NCBI RefSeq assembly: GCF_001194135.2
Contig: NC_068989.1
Span: 72,686,536-72,750,535 of the forward strand
Reading direction: 5' to 3'
Source of the DNA: Octopus bimaculoides
Taxonomy: Eukaryota
DNA: 64,000 nucleotides
Shown here: in pieces, positions 11,581-23,437 of the stretch
How positions within the stretch are numbered: the stretch's first letter is position 1
Layout of the letters: the number at the start of each line of letters is the position of its first letter
The notes under the pieces: model-generated
What the model was told of the DNA's origin: nothing
Databases searched by the model: none
Seen by the model: only the letters and a program-made list of their open reading frames with translations
Program-made: the position numbers and the translations under genes

Positions 11581-12419
11581 AAAAATTTGTTACCTAGCGA
11601 AACAAGAGCTCGCGTAACATTTCGCCTTCAACAAGCGACAAATTGAATAATATTTGTTGAAATCCAATTGTCGCAATTCTCATAACAAAACTGCAACGCT
11701 ATCCCCCTCCCTCTCCCCCTTACGTTACAGTTTGTGTATTGCCATATGTTGTGAGCGCGGAAAAGTCCATTTACTAGACGCTCGTCATTGGAGCCGTTCA
11801 TACAAATGAGTTCATTGACTGCATGCCTTTTTACTATAGTTACAATAATTTGCATCTGTTATAACATGCATATTACTGCAACTAGACACCCGGGCACCCC
11901 GGGGTAACTCCGAGTACTCTGTGGTCTTAAGGTCTCGGTTTCAGGGATTTGTGAATTTTAGTGTCAAGGCAGGAAGCTGCGCCATGCATATTTATGGTCG
12001 AAACATAATGTTGCTTTTGGCTTTTAACTTTCTTGTTATTGTACTTGCTGTTACTATTCATCAGATATGTATCTCTCTAGGCACACATACACATACACAT
12101 ACAATCACATACACACACTAAATACATTTAATCTTTATGCATGCATTAATCTACGCTTCTAGTTTTCTCTCCCTCCCTCCCTCTCTCTCCTTATTCTCCT
12201 TATATATATTATGCCTGTACACACATATGTACATACCCAAATAATAATAGGAAGACAGGAAATTCTTTAGCACATCTTTAACGACTCGTTACAATTGTTT
12301 CTGTACCAAATCTACTTGCAACGCCAGCTTGGGTATATATACATTCCAAAATGTAACTACATGTGGATTGTTGGCGATTTTTTCCTCCGTCTTCCTTTTC
12401 TCTTGGATTTTCCTCTCTT

Positions 12420-12454
12420 GTTTCTGAAGAAGAACTTAGCTCGAAACGTAAAAC
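12420..12454 (+). ncRNA. Minimal type I hammerhead ribozyme motif (Penelope-like element type)
   Basis: GTTT-CTGAAGAA-GAA-CTTAG-CTC-GAAA-CG-TA/AAAC: stem I GTTT:AAAC, conserved CUGANGA and GAAA, palindromic ACGT stem III, GUA cleavage triplet. One mismatch in stem II. Confidence 0.7.
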
Positions 12455-12511
12455 GCCCTTTCTTTCCTTCCCTGAGCGTATCATTAATACTTTGCATGTT
12501 GTTGTTTTTGG

Positions 12512-12595
<84 letters not shown>

Positions 12596-12613
12596 AGCAT
12601 ATGCGTGAATCTA

Positions 12614-12649
<36 letters not shown>

Positions 12650-12754
12650 AGCACAAGCATACATTGACACACATATACATACAGGCGCTTGCACTCACAC
12701 ACGCGCGCGCGCACGCGCACACACACACGCACACGTACGCACACACAACTTAGA

Positions 12755-13320
12755 TACCTTAGATTAACTTAGACATGTTTGGGCCAGAGATTGGCCCAAC
12801 TCATATCGAACTTAATAGCACCACCTGATAAGATGTTAAGTCCCATTTAGGTCAAGTTTTGTGGTATCATGACCATTCAGGTAGGGAGTCTTTGTTGACT
12901 GAGATGTGTCCGGCAATAGGTGGCATATCCGGTATCCTCTGAAGCAATTTATCCAGGTATCGTTGAAGATGATGGGATCTTTCTTTGATTTGTTTTGGAG
13001 TAATTTTAAATAGAGTAGGAGCCTCTTGCAGATAAGTAATTATGCTACAGAGAATTTATGCGTTGTGAGTCTGAATTGTATAGGAGGCGTACGGCACGTG
13101 GCCTCAGACTTAGATGAATTCTGAATCTGATGTTAAGGTCGTTTGGGCAATGCTGATGCCTAGTCTTTTTCAATTTCAGTTCATGTTTTTTTTTAATTTT
13201 GTCTCTTTGCCTTCATTTTATTTGACTTTGGCAAACTATTCTATCCTCAATTCGTTGAAAAGTGTCCTAGCTGAAAAATGTGAACTCTCCCAGTAGAGAT
13301 TCTATATGATCTTGAAAGTG
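12755..13320 (-). mobile_element. CR1-type LINE 3' end relic
   Basis: Minus translation ...TLFKITPKQIKE...YLDKLLQRIPDMPPIAGHISVNKDSLPEW. 3' UTR TTAAGTTCGATATGAGTTGGGCCAAT and an ATCTAAGT-like tail. Confidence 0.7.
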
Positions 13321-13910
13321 CTAAATTTATTTAGCACTTTCAGTATGCCATCTGTACAAAAGACGGCGATAAAGGTAGTATTAACATACTGTAATGAAGA
13401 AAATACAATATTATCCAATGGCTAATATTATCTACAATATTATAATGCTTATCATGGCATGCATTTCAATGTTATACTCTTAAAGGGAAATAACCTAGTC
13501 TTGATCTCAATTGATATTCTCTTCTGTTTAAGTGAGACAGGCTGACATTAGGATATCAAATATAGCCTGAAGCAGTTATAAATGTTATGGAGATAAATTG
13601 GAGGGGAGTCAATTTAATCAGTTGGAAACATTGAAGGAGTTCCTCTGCCACGACCTCAATCCAATGACTGAAACCAGCACCAATGAAGCCCCCCATACCC
13701 CCGCCAAAAAAGCACAAAAACAAAAACAAGAAATAAAATAACATGTATACATGTAAGTTTATATGAATGCATATATGTAGGTATAAATGCATACATATGT
13801 ATGCATGCATGTATGTATATGTATATAAATGGAAATAAATACACATGTGTGAAAGGTGCGCATGCGTGTATACGTATGCATATATATGTATGCATTATAT
13901 ATATTTATCA

Positions 13911-14127
13911 AGACGGTGAGCTGGTAGCAACGTTAGCACGCCGGGCGAAATGCTTCGCGGAATTTCGTCTGTCTTTACGTTCTGAGTTCAAATTCTACCG
14001 AGGTCGAGTTTGCCTTTCATCTTTTCGGGGTCGATAAATTAAGTACCAGTTACGTAGTGGGGTCTATCTAACTGCCTAGCCCCCACCCCGAAAATTTCGG
14101 GCTTTGTGCTGAGAGTAGAAAAGAATA
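13911..14127 (+). mobile_element. Family B SINE
   Basis: AGACGGTGAGCTGGTAGCAACGTTAGCACGCCGGGCGAAATGC head; TTCTGAGTTCAAATTC B-box-like motif. Confidence 0.85.
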
Positions 14128-14155
14128 TATATGTATTTATCGATATTATATTCTT

Positions 14156-14349
14156 ATTTCTTTATTGCCCACAAGGGGCTAAACATAGAAGGGACAAATA
14201 AGGACAGACAAAAGGGATTAAGTCGATTACCTCGACCCCAGTGCGTAACTGGTACTTAATTTATCGACCTCAAAAGGATGAAAGGCAAAGTCGACCCCGG
14301 TGGAATTTGAACTCAGAACGTAACGGCAGACGAAATACCGTTAAGCATT
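14156..14349 (-). mobile_element. 5'-truncated family B SINE with 16-bp TSD
   Basis: TCGATATTATATTCTT at 14140-14155 and 14350-14365. Confidence 0.9.
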
Positions 14350-14390
14350 TCGATATTATATTCTTTAAATAAAAATATACACGTTTATGA

Positions 14391-14433
<43 letters not shown>

Positions 14434-14472
14434 AGCATACGAATATATGTATATGTGTATCTATCATCTATC

Positions 14473-14509
<37 letters not shown>

Positions 14510-14678
14510 CTTTGCAGGGAGAGAGAGAAAGGGAGAAAGATATATGAAGTATTTATGTATGTGTGTACACGTAGACACACATATCTTTTCTGTAAATATA
14601 TAGAAATGCAACCACGTTTTTACATTATGTATACTTATACATACACAAACACACACAACACACTCACACATATATATA

Positions 14679-14743
<65 letters not shown>

Positions 14744-15461
14744 GCATACAAGTATGTGTTTATATATGTATAATCGTTTTTAAGGATTCTCCGCTTACAA
14801 ATATGGCGACAGTTTTCCGTGTCACTTCTAGTATATTCTGGCCATTTATAATAATGTTTATGCTTCTGCATATTTGCTTGGAGTACATATTTGAATTTCT
14901 GCAGCAAATTAGAAATGGCTATTCGATCTATCTTTATCTGTAAATGCAAATTTCATTTTATGAATCTACTTTAACGGTTTCTTATTTTCGAATCGTTGCT
15001 CGAGAACGAGAGACATTAAATACATATCTATTTAACTAATATGTATGTACGCGCACGCAGAACTACGCGCACAGACACACACACGCACGCAAATACACGC
15101 ACGCGCGCGCACAAGGCTACGTCCATGCTTATTTACATGACGTTGCATATATATATATACATATATATGTGAGTGTGCGTGCGTGTGTGTGCGTGCGTGT
15201 GTGTGCGTGTGTGTGTGTGTGTGTGTGCGTTACCCTACAGAATATAGATTGGTAAAAGTTTTTATTTTTCATTTCCTTTCGAAATTATCCCTAATTTTTG
15301 TGGTATGTAGTCTTTTGCTGCTATTTCTAGCGAGCAGATGTCCTATTATAGGCATCTCTGCATTTTAAATGAATAATAAATAGTCTATTGACTGTTTTTT
15401 TTACTCTCGCTAGACCACTGGTGGTAAATAAAATTTCTAAAATTTTTTTTGCTACCCTACA

Positions 15462-15496
<35 letters not shown>

Positions 15497-16080
15497 NNNN
15501 NNNNNNNNNNNNNNNNNNNNNNNNNNNNNNNNNNNNNNNNNNNNNNNNNNNNNNNNNNNNNNNNNNNNNNNNNNNNNNNNNNNNNNNNNNNNNNNNNNNN
15601 NNNNNNNNNNNNNNNNNNNNNNNNNNNNNNNNNNNNNNNNNNNNNNNNNNNNNNNNNNNNNNNNNNNNNNNNNNNNNNNNNNNNNNNNNNNNNNNNNNNN
15701 NNNNNNNNNNNNNNNNNNNNNNNNNNNNNNNNNNNNNNNNNNNNNNNNNNNNNNNNNNNNNNNNNNNNNNNNNNNNNNNNNNNNNNNNNNNNNNNNNNNN
15801 NNNNNNNNNNNNNNNNNNNNNNNNNNNNNNNNNNNNNNNNNNNNNNNNNNNNNNNNNNNNNNNNNNNNNNNNNNNNNNNNNNNNNNNNNNNNNNNNNNNN
15901 NNNNNNNNNNNNNNNNNNNNNNNNNNNNNNNNNNNNNNNNNNNNNNNNNNNNNNNNNNNNNNNNNNNNNNNNNNNNNNNNNNNNNNNNNNNNNNNNNNNN
16001 NNNNNNNNNNNNNNNNNNNNNNNNNNNNNNNNNNNNNNNNNNNNNNNNNNNNNNNNNNNNNNNNNNNNNNNNNNNNNNNN

Positions 16081-16109
<29 letters not shown>

Positions 16110-16119
<10 letters not shown>

Positions 16120-19100
16120 TATGGCCAGAATCATGACACCCCCTTTGGGAATGGACTAGCCGAACTCGTATAAGTAGCAGTGTGTTTTACTGGGAGTAAG
16201 AGATGAGAAATCGCAAGAAGCCTGAAGATGTCGTTCGTGAAGCTGCAGGAAATTGTTTTGGATTGGTTCCAGTTGTTGGCAGAGTATTTAGGAATACATT
16301 AAGTGGAGACGTATGATTCGAAGCTTACGTTGGTCATTAACATTTTTCTATGATACAAAAAATTCATTAATTATGGAAGACCTATTAGCTAATATATTAC
16401 AGCTGAAAAGCAACCGCAACAGCAGCAACAGGAGTTTCACCAACAACTACAACAGAAACAACGAAAACACAATCAATTGTTGGAACTGATGTTGAAGTCA
16501 GGAAACACCACAAGTTCAATCGCCAGACGGCGTAATAATGTTATAATTGAATTTAGTTATAACCCAGAAGAGGGTATAACTTTATCGGCGTACTTCAGAA
16601 GATACGAAGAAATCTTCAAAGAAGAATGCAAGTATTGGACAGACGATGAAAAAGTGAGACTTCTGTTACAGAAACTAAGTTCTTGAGAACACGAAAAAAA
16701 CTGCAATTTTATCTCCTCTAAAAAAAACAAGTGAAATTTGTTTCGAGGAAACAACTGAATTGCTATCCAAAATGTTCAGCGATAAAAGTTCCCTGTTTAA
16801 CACTAGCTGGGAGTGTTTGAACTTAGTAAAAGAAGCGGACGAAGATTTTGTCATTCGTACCGGAATCGTAAATAAAATGTAAGAAACATTTTAACTGAAG
16901 GAGTTCTCTCCGCACATATTTAAATGCCTCATCTTTATGCAAGGTTTGACGGCAAACAAAGATGCAGAAATACCAGCACGGTTTCTTAAAAAGCAGGCAG
17001 TAGCAGAAGAATGTTAAAGAATTATCAACTTGCGACAGGACGTAAAGAAAATTGAAGAAAAAATATTTCTCTCGAGCACAGACATATTGACCGGGAGTAA
17101 ATGAACAAAAAAGAATGTTACGACCAAAACCATGCTATGGGTGGGGGGATCTGCGTTTTATGAAAGACTGTCTATTTAAAACTGAGAAATGTTTTAGTTG
17201 ACAAAAAATAGCACATAAATGCTCGCACTGCATAGCGAAGCAAAAAAGGTTTGCTCTACGGAAAAGTGTGACGACACCAAAAAATAAAGTATGTATATAT
17301 AAAAATAAACGACGCGAACGGGAAACTACAACTATACACAGGTAGCGACATTACAATTATTGATAGCAACACGTGGAAGAAAATTGGGAAACCTACATTA
17401 AAGAAAACATCGAAAATTGCGCGAGGTCGCATAGATGAAAGATTACACTTCATAGGCGAAATGGTAAGCAGCATTACATTTCGCTATAAAGCGAAAGTGT
17501 TTGTTTAAAGAAATGCAACAAACTTGTTCGGCACTGACTGGCTGGAGTTGTTTGGTTTGTGTGACCTCCTCATAAATCTGTTCTGTAAAAACATAAGGGA
17601 TTGTTCCTCCAATAAGAATAATGCTTTTCCTGAAGTGTTGTCGGATATATTAGGTTTGTGTACTAAGACTGAGGCATGTTTCCAAATTAAGGAAAACGCA
17701 ATACCAGAGTTCAAGCCAAAAAGAACGGTACTTTTTGCTGCGGTAAAGCATGTCGATGAAGAATTAGGCAGATTAGAGAAAATTAGAATCATCCAAAAAT
17801 AGAATATGCAAAATGGGCAGCTCCAACGTTGTGTATTTAAAAAAGATTAACAAAATAAGAGCATTTGTCGATTTTTCTACTGGCTTGAATGAATGCATGA
17901 AAACGTTTTACTATCCGCTACCTACTTCGGAAGATTTTTGCGAAGTTATTTTCGAAAGTGGATCTCTCCGATTCAAATTAGAGCAGACGAGAAATGTCCT
18001 AAATGCCTAACAGTGAATACGCATAAAAGACTATATAAATATAATAGATTACCATTTGATCTAAAGGTCGGACCTGCAATTTTTCAACAGATGCATTGTT
18101 AGCGGACTGTGAATTCGCAATTCCACACCTAGGTGCTATATTATTTAAAAAAGTATCTCGTGATCAGCATGTTGAGAATGTATAATGTGTTTATGAAAAA
18201 ATAAGAGATTAGGTTTCACACTGGGTCAGGAAAAATATGAATTTTTCTTTCTTAAAATTAAGTATTTAGGAAAAAATTATTGACATGAATGGATGACGAC
18301 CGGACCCGTCGAGGGCAGAGGCAATTAAAAATATGCTTCCTTCGACTACAAGGTTTTCTCGGTCTAGTGAATTATTATCAAAATTATATACCAAATATGT
18401 ATGAATTGAGAGCTCCACTAAATAGTTTTCTGAAAAGGGATGTGAATTGGAATTGGTCAAATAATTGTCAAAAGGCGTTTGACTATATTAAAAAAAAAAC
18501 ATTAATATCGGCATTGTTAGCGGACTGTGAATTCGCAATTCCACACCTAGGTGCTATATTATTTAAAAATGTATCCCGTAATCAGCATGTTGAGAATGTA
18601 TAATGTGTTTATGAAAAAATAAGAGATTAGGTTTCACGTTGGCTTAATTCGATCCTACATCGGTGATTATTGTAGCTCCTTACGCTTCTGAATACGGCAT
18701 AGGAGCAGTAATACTGCACAAATATACAGACAGTAATTTGAAGGCGGTGCTTCATGCTTCACGTTCTCTGAAATTTCACAGATATTTCACAGATTTTTCC
18801 TCGGTAGAAGTTTACGGCTACAAACTGCACACAGACCATTATAACCAAAGAAAAAAGGAATTCCTACCCATACTGCAAATAGGTAATGATACTGGGGTAC
18901 GATATTGTTGAATTACGACTTTCAGATGGAGGTATACCATCCAAGAGCTTAGGCCATGCAGATTGTTTATCAAGGCTAATTCCAAAAAATACGGTACAAT
19001 TAGAAGATACCGTGATTGCCGCTTTGCAAGCGAACGCCATTCGGGAGCTGCTAGTAACTGTCCAAGGTATAAAATTAAAATCGGAGAATAACAAATTCAT

Positions 19101-19330
19101 TGTAAAGATGAAACAAACGTTGAAGCTAAAAGAAAAAAAAAAAATACGAAACACAAATGCGAACCATTTTTGTCTGTGTGATAATTTGTTGATGTACGCA
19201 CAAAGAGTTTTAGTGCCAGCCTCACTACAAAAGCGTGTATTAAGTGAATTTCATATGGGGCACCCAGGTATTTCAAGAATGAAATCAGTAATGAGGAGTT
19301 ACGTGTATCGGCCGACCGTGATATTGAACA
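16110..19330 (+). mobile_element. Decayed Ty3/Gypsy LTR retrotransposon (partial 5' LTR, gag, protease, RT, RNase H, integrase zinc finger; 3' part missing)
   Basis: Putative LTR end AATACA at 16298 and PBS-like TGGAGACG at 16304. Gag FSYNPEEGITLSAYFRRYEEIF and two degenerate CCHC knuckles at about 17130-17235. Protease LYTGSDITII (DTG mutated, 17332). RT LYKYNRLPFDLKVGPAIFQQ and HLGAIL (for YLDDIL). LQGFLGLVNYY. RNase H ASEYGIGAVI. Integrase HMGHPGISRMKSVMRSYVY. Many stops and frameshifts. Confidence 0.92.
18093..18637 (+). repeat. 127-bp dispersed direct duplication inside Gypsy pol
   Basis: 18093-18219 and 18511-18637, with 3 substitutions. Confidence 0.95.
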
Positions 19331-20540
19331 AACCTTCGAAGTAGGACGTGAAATCCATCCTGCTCCCGAACAGTTGAGTGAAACGCCGCTGAAAGGCCTC
19401 ATACATCTGTCCCGGGTCAGTTATCATTTACGCTTCGTGGTTCGACAAGGATCGGATCATGGATTTATTGTCACGCCGCCGTGCCTCTGCCACTCAAGCC
19501 CAATGAACGGCATTCGTCCCTTCGTGTCTAAGTGCAGGTGCCTTAGCTCTGACAACGCAACCTTCGTGTTTCGCGTCGAAGAATTAGTTGAGTACCAATC
19601 TCACTGCGAACACGTCGATCGCGATGCCATTTCTAAAAGCCTCGTCTAACTTCTTGACTAGCTCTGTCTACTCTGTTTCACTCTACTGCTAGTTCTTTAC
19701 TAAACCTTATCAATTCTATTCTAATCGCCCTTCTAAGGGCGAACAACTATTTGTTATTGATTATTGCCCCCATAAACGCCCTCTTAACTAGCTCACTAAT
19801 CCGGTTTCTGAAATCTTTAAGCGCCGGCAGAAAAGTGTCCAGTTTCTAGTAACCGGCTTCTATGAAGCCTATCTAAGTTTACTGTACAGATCACGAATTT
19901 GAGGCCTGTATAGTGGACTAATTTAAACTGTGGACAACCTATGCTCTACAGAATACTCTATCTAGATAGGATTTTGACCAGGTCCACATTAGCACATCTG
20001 GGAAATCCAGTCGATACCTGTCAGAGAGCTGGAATCGTATGAGCAGGTTTGCGAGGCTTTTGCACCCTCCTCTCCTATCTGCTAAACCTAGACAATCCCA
20101 CCTTACATCTAACTCTTCGTTCCAATATCCCCTCTAATACTAAAGAGCAGGACGTTCCCAGGAAAGTTTTCAGGCATCTGAAGAAATCTGGTCGTCCTGC
20201 TCCTGTGGATGCATAGACGCCAGTTAACCTAAAAGTATGTCCTTCGCTGTCTGTCACGTCCAGGACCACCGACTTACCTTCCGGATCCAGGAAGATCGTC
20301 TTTATTGCAAGACCCAGATTTTTCCGAACCATCACAGTGACTCCACCTTCCACTCCCGGACGACTTGGAAATGCGTACACCTCATAGGTCGCAAGTCCTG
20401 TGAGTCGGAAATTCTGGTTTCGCCAATGGCCATCACATCGACATTCAGTTCCCTGAGGTCCCCGCTTCCTTGAGGTGACCCCGCTTCCAAGGCGATCCCA
20501 GGCCACATACACTCATGATGCCTATTTTGTACACGACCAT
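19331..20540 (-). pseudogene. L1/Tx1-clade LINE ORF2 N-terminal part: AP-like endonuclease and linker, no RT
   Basis: Start MVVYKIGIMSVCGLGSPWKRGHL at 20540; LNVDVMAIGETRI; GGVTVMVRK; DPEGKSVVLDV; FRLTGVYAS; TWSKSYLDRVF; linker HEGCVVRAK...ITDPGQMYEAFQRRFTQLFG. Stops and frameshifts present. Confidence 0.88.
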
Positions 20541-20589
20541 GTTGTCGAAAAATGAGAAGAAAAGAAAGGGAAAACTTACTTGGTTTTGT

Positions 20590-22500
20590 TTGGAGGGGCG
20601 GATTGCCCGTCACTCCTGTTGGCTTGGGGTGTTTCCAACAGCAAATCACTAAGAATTCTCTTGGTGATATTCCCTTGAAAATCTCCAATTTCTTGTGGTA
20701 AATGGGCTTTTGAGTGTGTGTATATATGTTTTGTATTCTTTGAATGATTTGTGTGTGTGCAGGTAGGGAGTATGTGAGTGTGACAAAATCTTTTGGTGTA
20801 ATAGTTGTGCGTGTTATGATATATTTCATTAATTCATCGTCTTTTGAGTTTATTGCCATGCAGTTCATAATGTTACTGTCTTTAATTTGTGTTTGTTGTT
20901 GTTACTGCGGTTGTTGTTGTGGTGGTGGTGGTGATTGTGATTGTGATTGTTGTTGTTGCTATGGTGGTGGAGGTTGTGATTGTTGTTGTGGTTGTGTGTG
21001 TGGAATGGCTTGTGTTTAAGGTGTTAGAGGTGGTAGTGTCGATGTAGTGTTTGTTTTGGGCGTGTTTGTTTTTGTTGTTTTGTTTATTTTCCTTTCCACT
21101 TCTAGTGTGGATGAAAATTGTTGTTGTTTGTCCATGTTTATTTTTCTTTCTGTCACTTTGAGGGTTTTTTTTTTAACTGCCAGTCTTCATCGTGGTCCGT
21201 CTCTCCAGCTATGATGTCCACGCGCTCTGCATCAAGAAGTGGAACATCTTAGGGCGCTGAGAAGTGCTTGGGTGAACTCGGTGTTGCTATGGTTGTTGGT
21301 GTTGGTTTTGGTGTTGTTGGTGCTACGGCTGAATCTACCGATGGTAATGGTGCTGTTGCTGCTGTTGTAGCTGGAGTTCTGGTGGTTGTTGTTGGTGTCA
21401 AAGATGGCACTTAGCTTTTCTTCCATCAACTCTGACTGGAATTACGCTGCCTCCAGGAAGAAGGATCTGGTCTGGGATGAGATCCATATACTTTTGTGTT
21501 GTTTGAATGAGGAGTTCTACGGTCATCCCAGACCTGTTTACCTTTTTGGTCTGATAGGCTTCGAGGGTTTTGGAGTTTTTCTTGATGTCTGTCATCACTG
21601 CCGCAATTAGCCAAGGAATGGCTATTTCTGGCGTCACCTGCTGGATTATGTTTGCCAGTCTCTGACCGCAGTAGTAAGGAACTAGCAACAGCTCCTCGCT
21701 TTTGAGGAAATTCAGAGAGTGATGTTTGGCTTCTTCCGTGGTGTGGAACCGAACGTCTACCATTCCATAGGCCTTTCCTCTCTGTATATACTCTTTTAGA
21801 TTCCAGACGGAACCTAAAGCTTGTTGTATTTGAGCCTCTGTGCCTCTTTCCACCCTCCTTAACTTTAAACCTATTGTATGATACATCACTGTGCGTTTTA
21901 TAGTAGCATGGATTGTCTCGGGTGGGGTATTCAACTTTGCAGCTAGTTCATCTCTCTCGACTGACTATCTAGCATATTTCGGTTCTTCTTCGGAGAATCG
22001 TATTCTCTGAAGAGATGACTTGGTTATTCCAGCGAAAGAAGGCTTTGAAAGGCTGTTCCAAGCCGTTGCACCGATTTGTCTCATCTCCTTCATTATCTTT
22101 GTCGTTGTTGTTGCTTGTGTCGCTACCGTTGTTAGTTTTGTTGTTGCTGTTGTCACCTTTCTTATTGTTGCTATTTGTAGTTAACTCATCTGCTGCCTTG
22201 CTCACGGAAAGGTCTTCACCGCTTGCATTTTCGAAATTAATGTTTTCACTTCGAATAATGTTGTTAAAAACAGAGCCTTTGCTTTTCAAAAGATCTGATG
22301 AGTGATCCTTCTTGAAAAAATTGGCTCCGTTGTCCTTTTTGTTCCTTTATTCTAGAAAAATGCAACTATCGTCTGTTTTGTTTTTCCGACTGAAGTCGTT
22401 TGCTCATGCATGCACTCTCTCTCATTGGCGTTTAGTGTCGCTCCTCACTTTCTACCCCTCTCACACATATGAGCGTCACCGTGTTTTGTATTTTCTCCAT
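20590..22500 (-). pseudogene. L1/Tx1-clade LINE ORF1 (RRM-like region, truncated knuckle, low-complexity expansions)
   Basis: Lies directly upstream of ORF2 on the same strand. The 178-aa segment at 21398-21934 (GMVDVRFHTTEEA...IPVRVDGRKAKCHL) is typical of L1/Tx1 ORF1. Possible start ATG at 22500. Confidence 0.75.
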
Positions 22501-22751
22501 GTTGGTGGGGAAAGCGCACACAACTTTGATTAAAAAGCAAAAACAATTGACCTGCACCCCAAAACTGGGAGACAAAACAGGAAAATAACTCACCACTCGA
22601 CAGCAAATAAGTTGTTCTCAACGATGATATAAATTGAAGGATGTAAATAAAAAGATTTTGTGTTTTTTCCTTATGAAATCTATGGAGCGAGGTCAAGTGT
22701 GGCTTACCAGGCTAACGGTCATAACAACAACAACAACAACAACAAAACGCA

Positions 22752-22791
<40 letters not shown>

Positions 22792-23361
22792 GGATTAAGC
22801 ATTGAGAGGGAGGAAATGCCGTCTCACAGTGTAGTATCACTGATGGCAGATACGAAACATTCATTTTACAGTTACGACCGTACAATAGATCCCGGATCGT
22901 TAGGTTTCGGAAGAATGTTATAAAAGTATACAGCAGCTGGACGTTTCTGTGAGTGTTTTGTAAGATTTATTTGGTTGGCGATTTTCTGCAATGAGTTAAA
23001 GATAAGATTGTAGTAGTTTTATTTCCTAATTCTACTTATATGTCGCACTTTTATAAAATAGAAATGTTCAGAATAATGCACCGCAGAATATGATCCGATA
23101 TTCTATTAAATAGGTATAGGTATAAATAACATTGCTGAGAATAAAGGTTGACTGTTTGTGATCTTTATAGTTTATAAACAACTGGAGGGAACGTTTAGCC
23201 AATAAAGCCATAGAGAATGCAGTGGTTGAATTGAAGGACAGAATGGGTATTAGGAAGAGAAACAAAAGGAAAGATTCCAATATGGAATCGAGGAAGAAAT
23301 GTGCGTCCGTATAATGTATATATTATTGATGTGCGCTTTTGTATGTATGTATGTTGGTTTT

Positions 23362-23437
<76 letters not shown>

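Noticed and set aside
14803-14943. 46-codon hydrophobic ORF MATVFRVTSSIFWPFIIMFMLL... with good Kozak context
   Set aside because: Short hydrophobic ORFs arise readily in T-rich DNA; no independent support.
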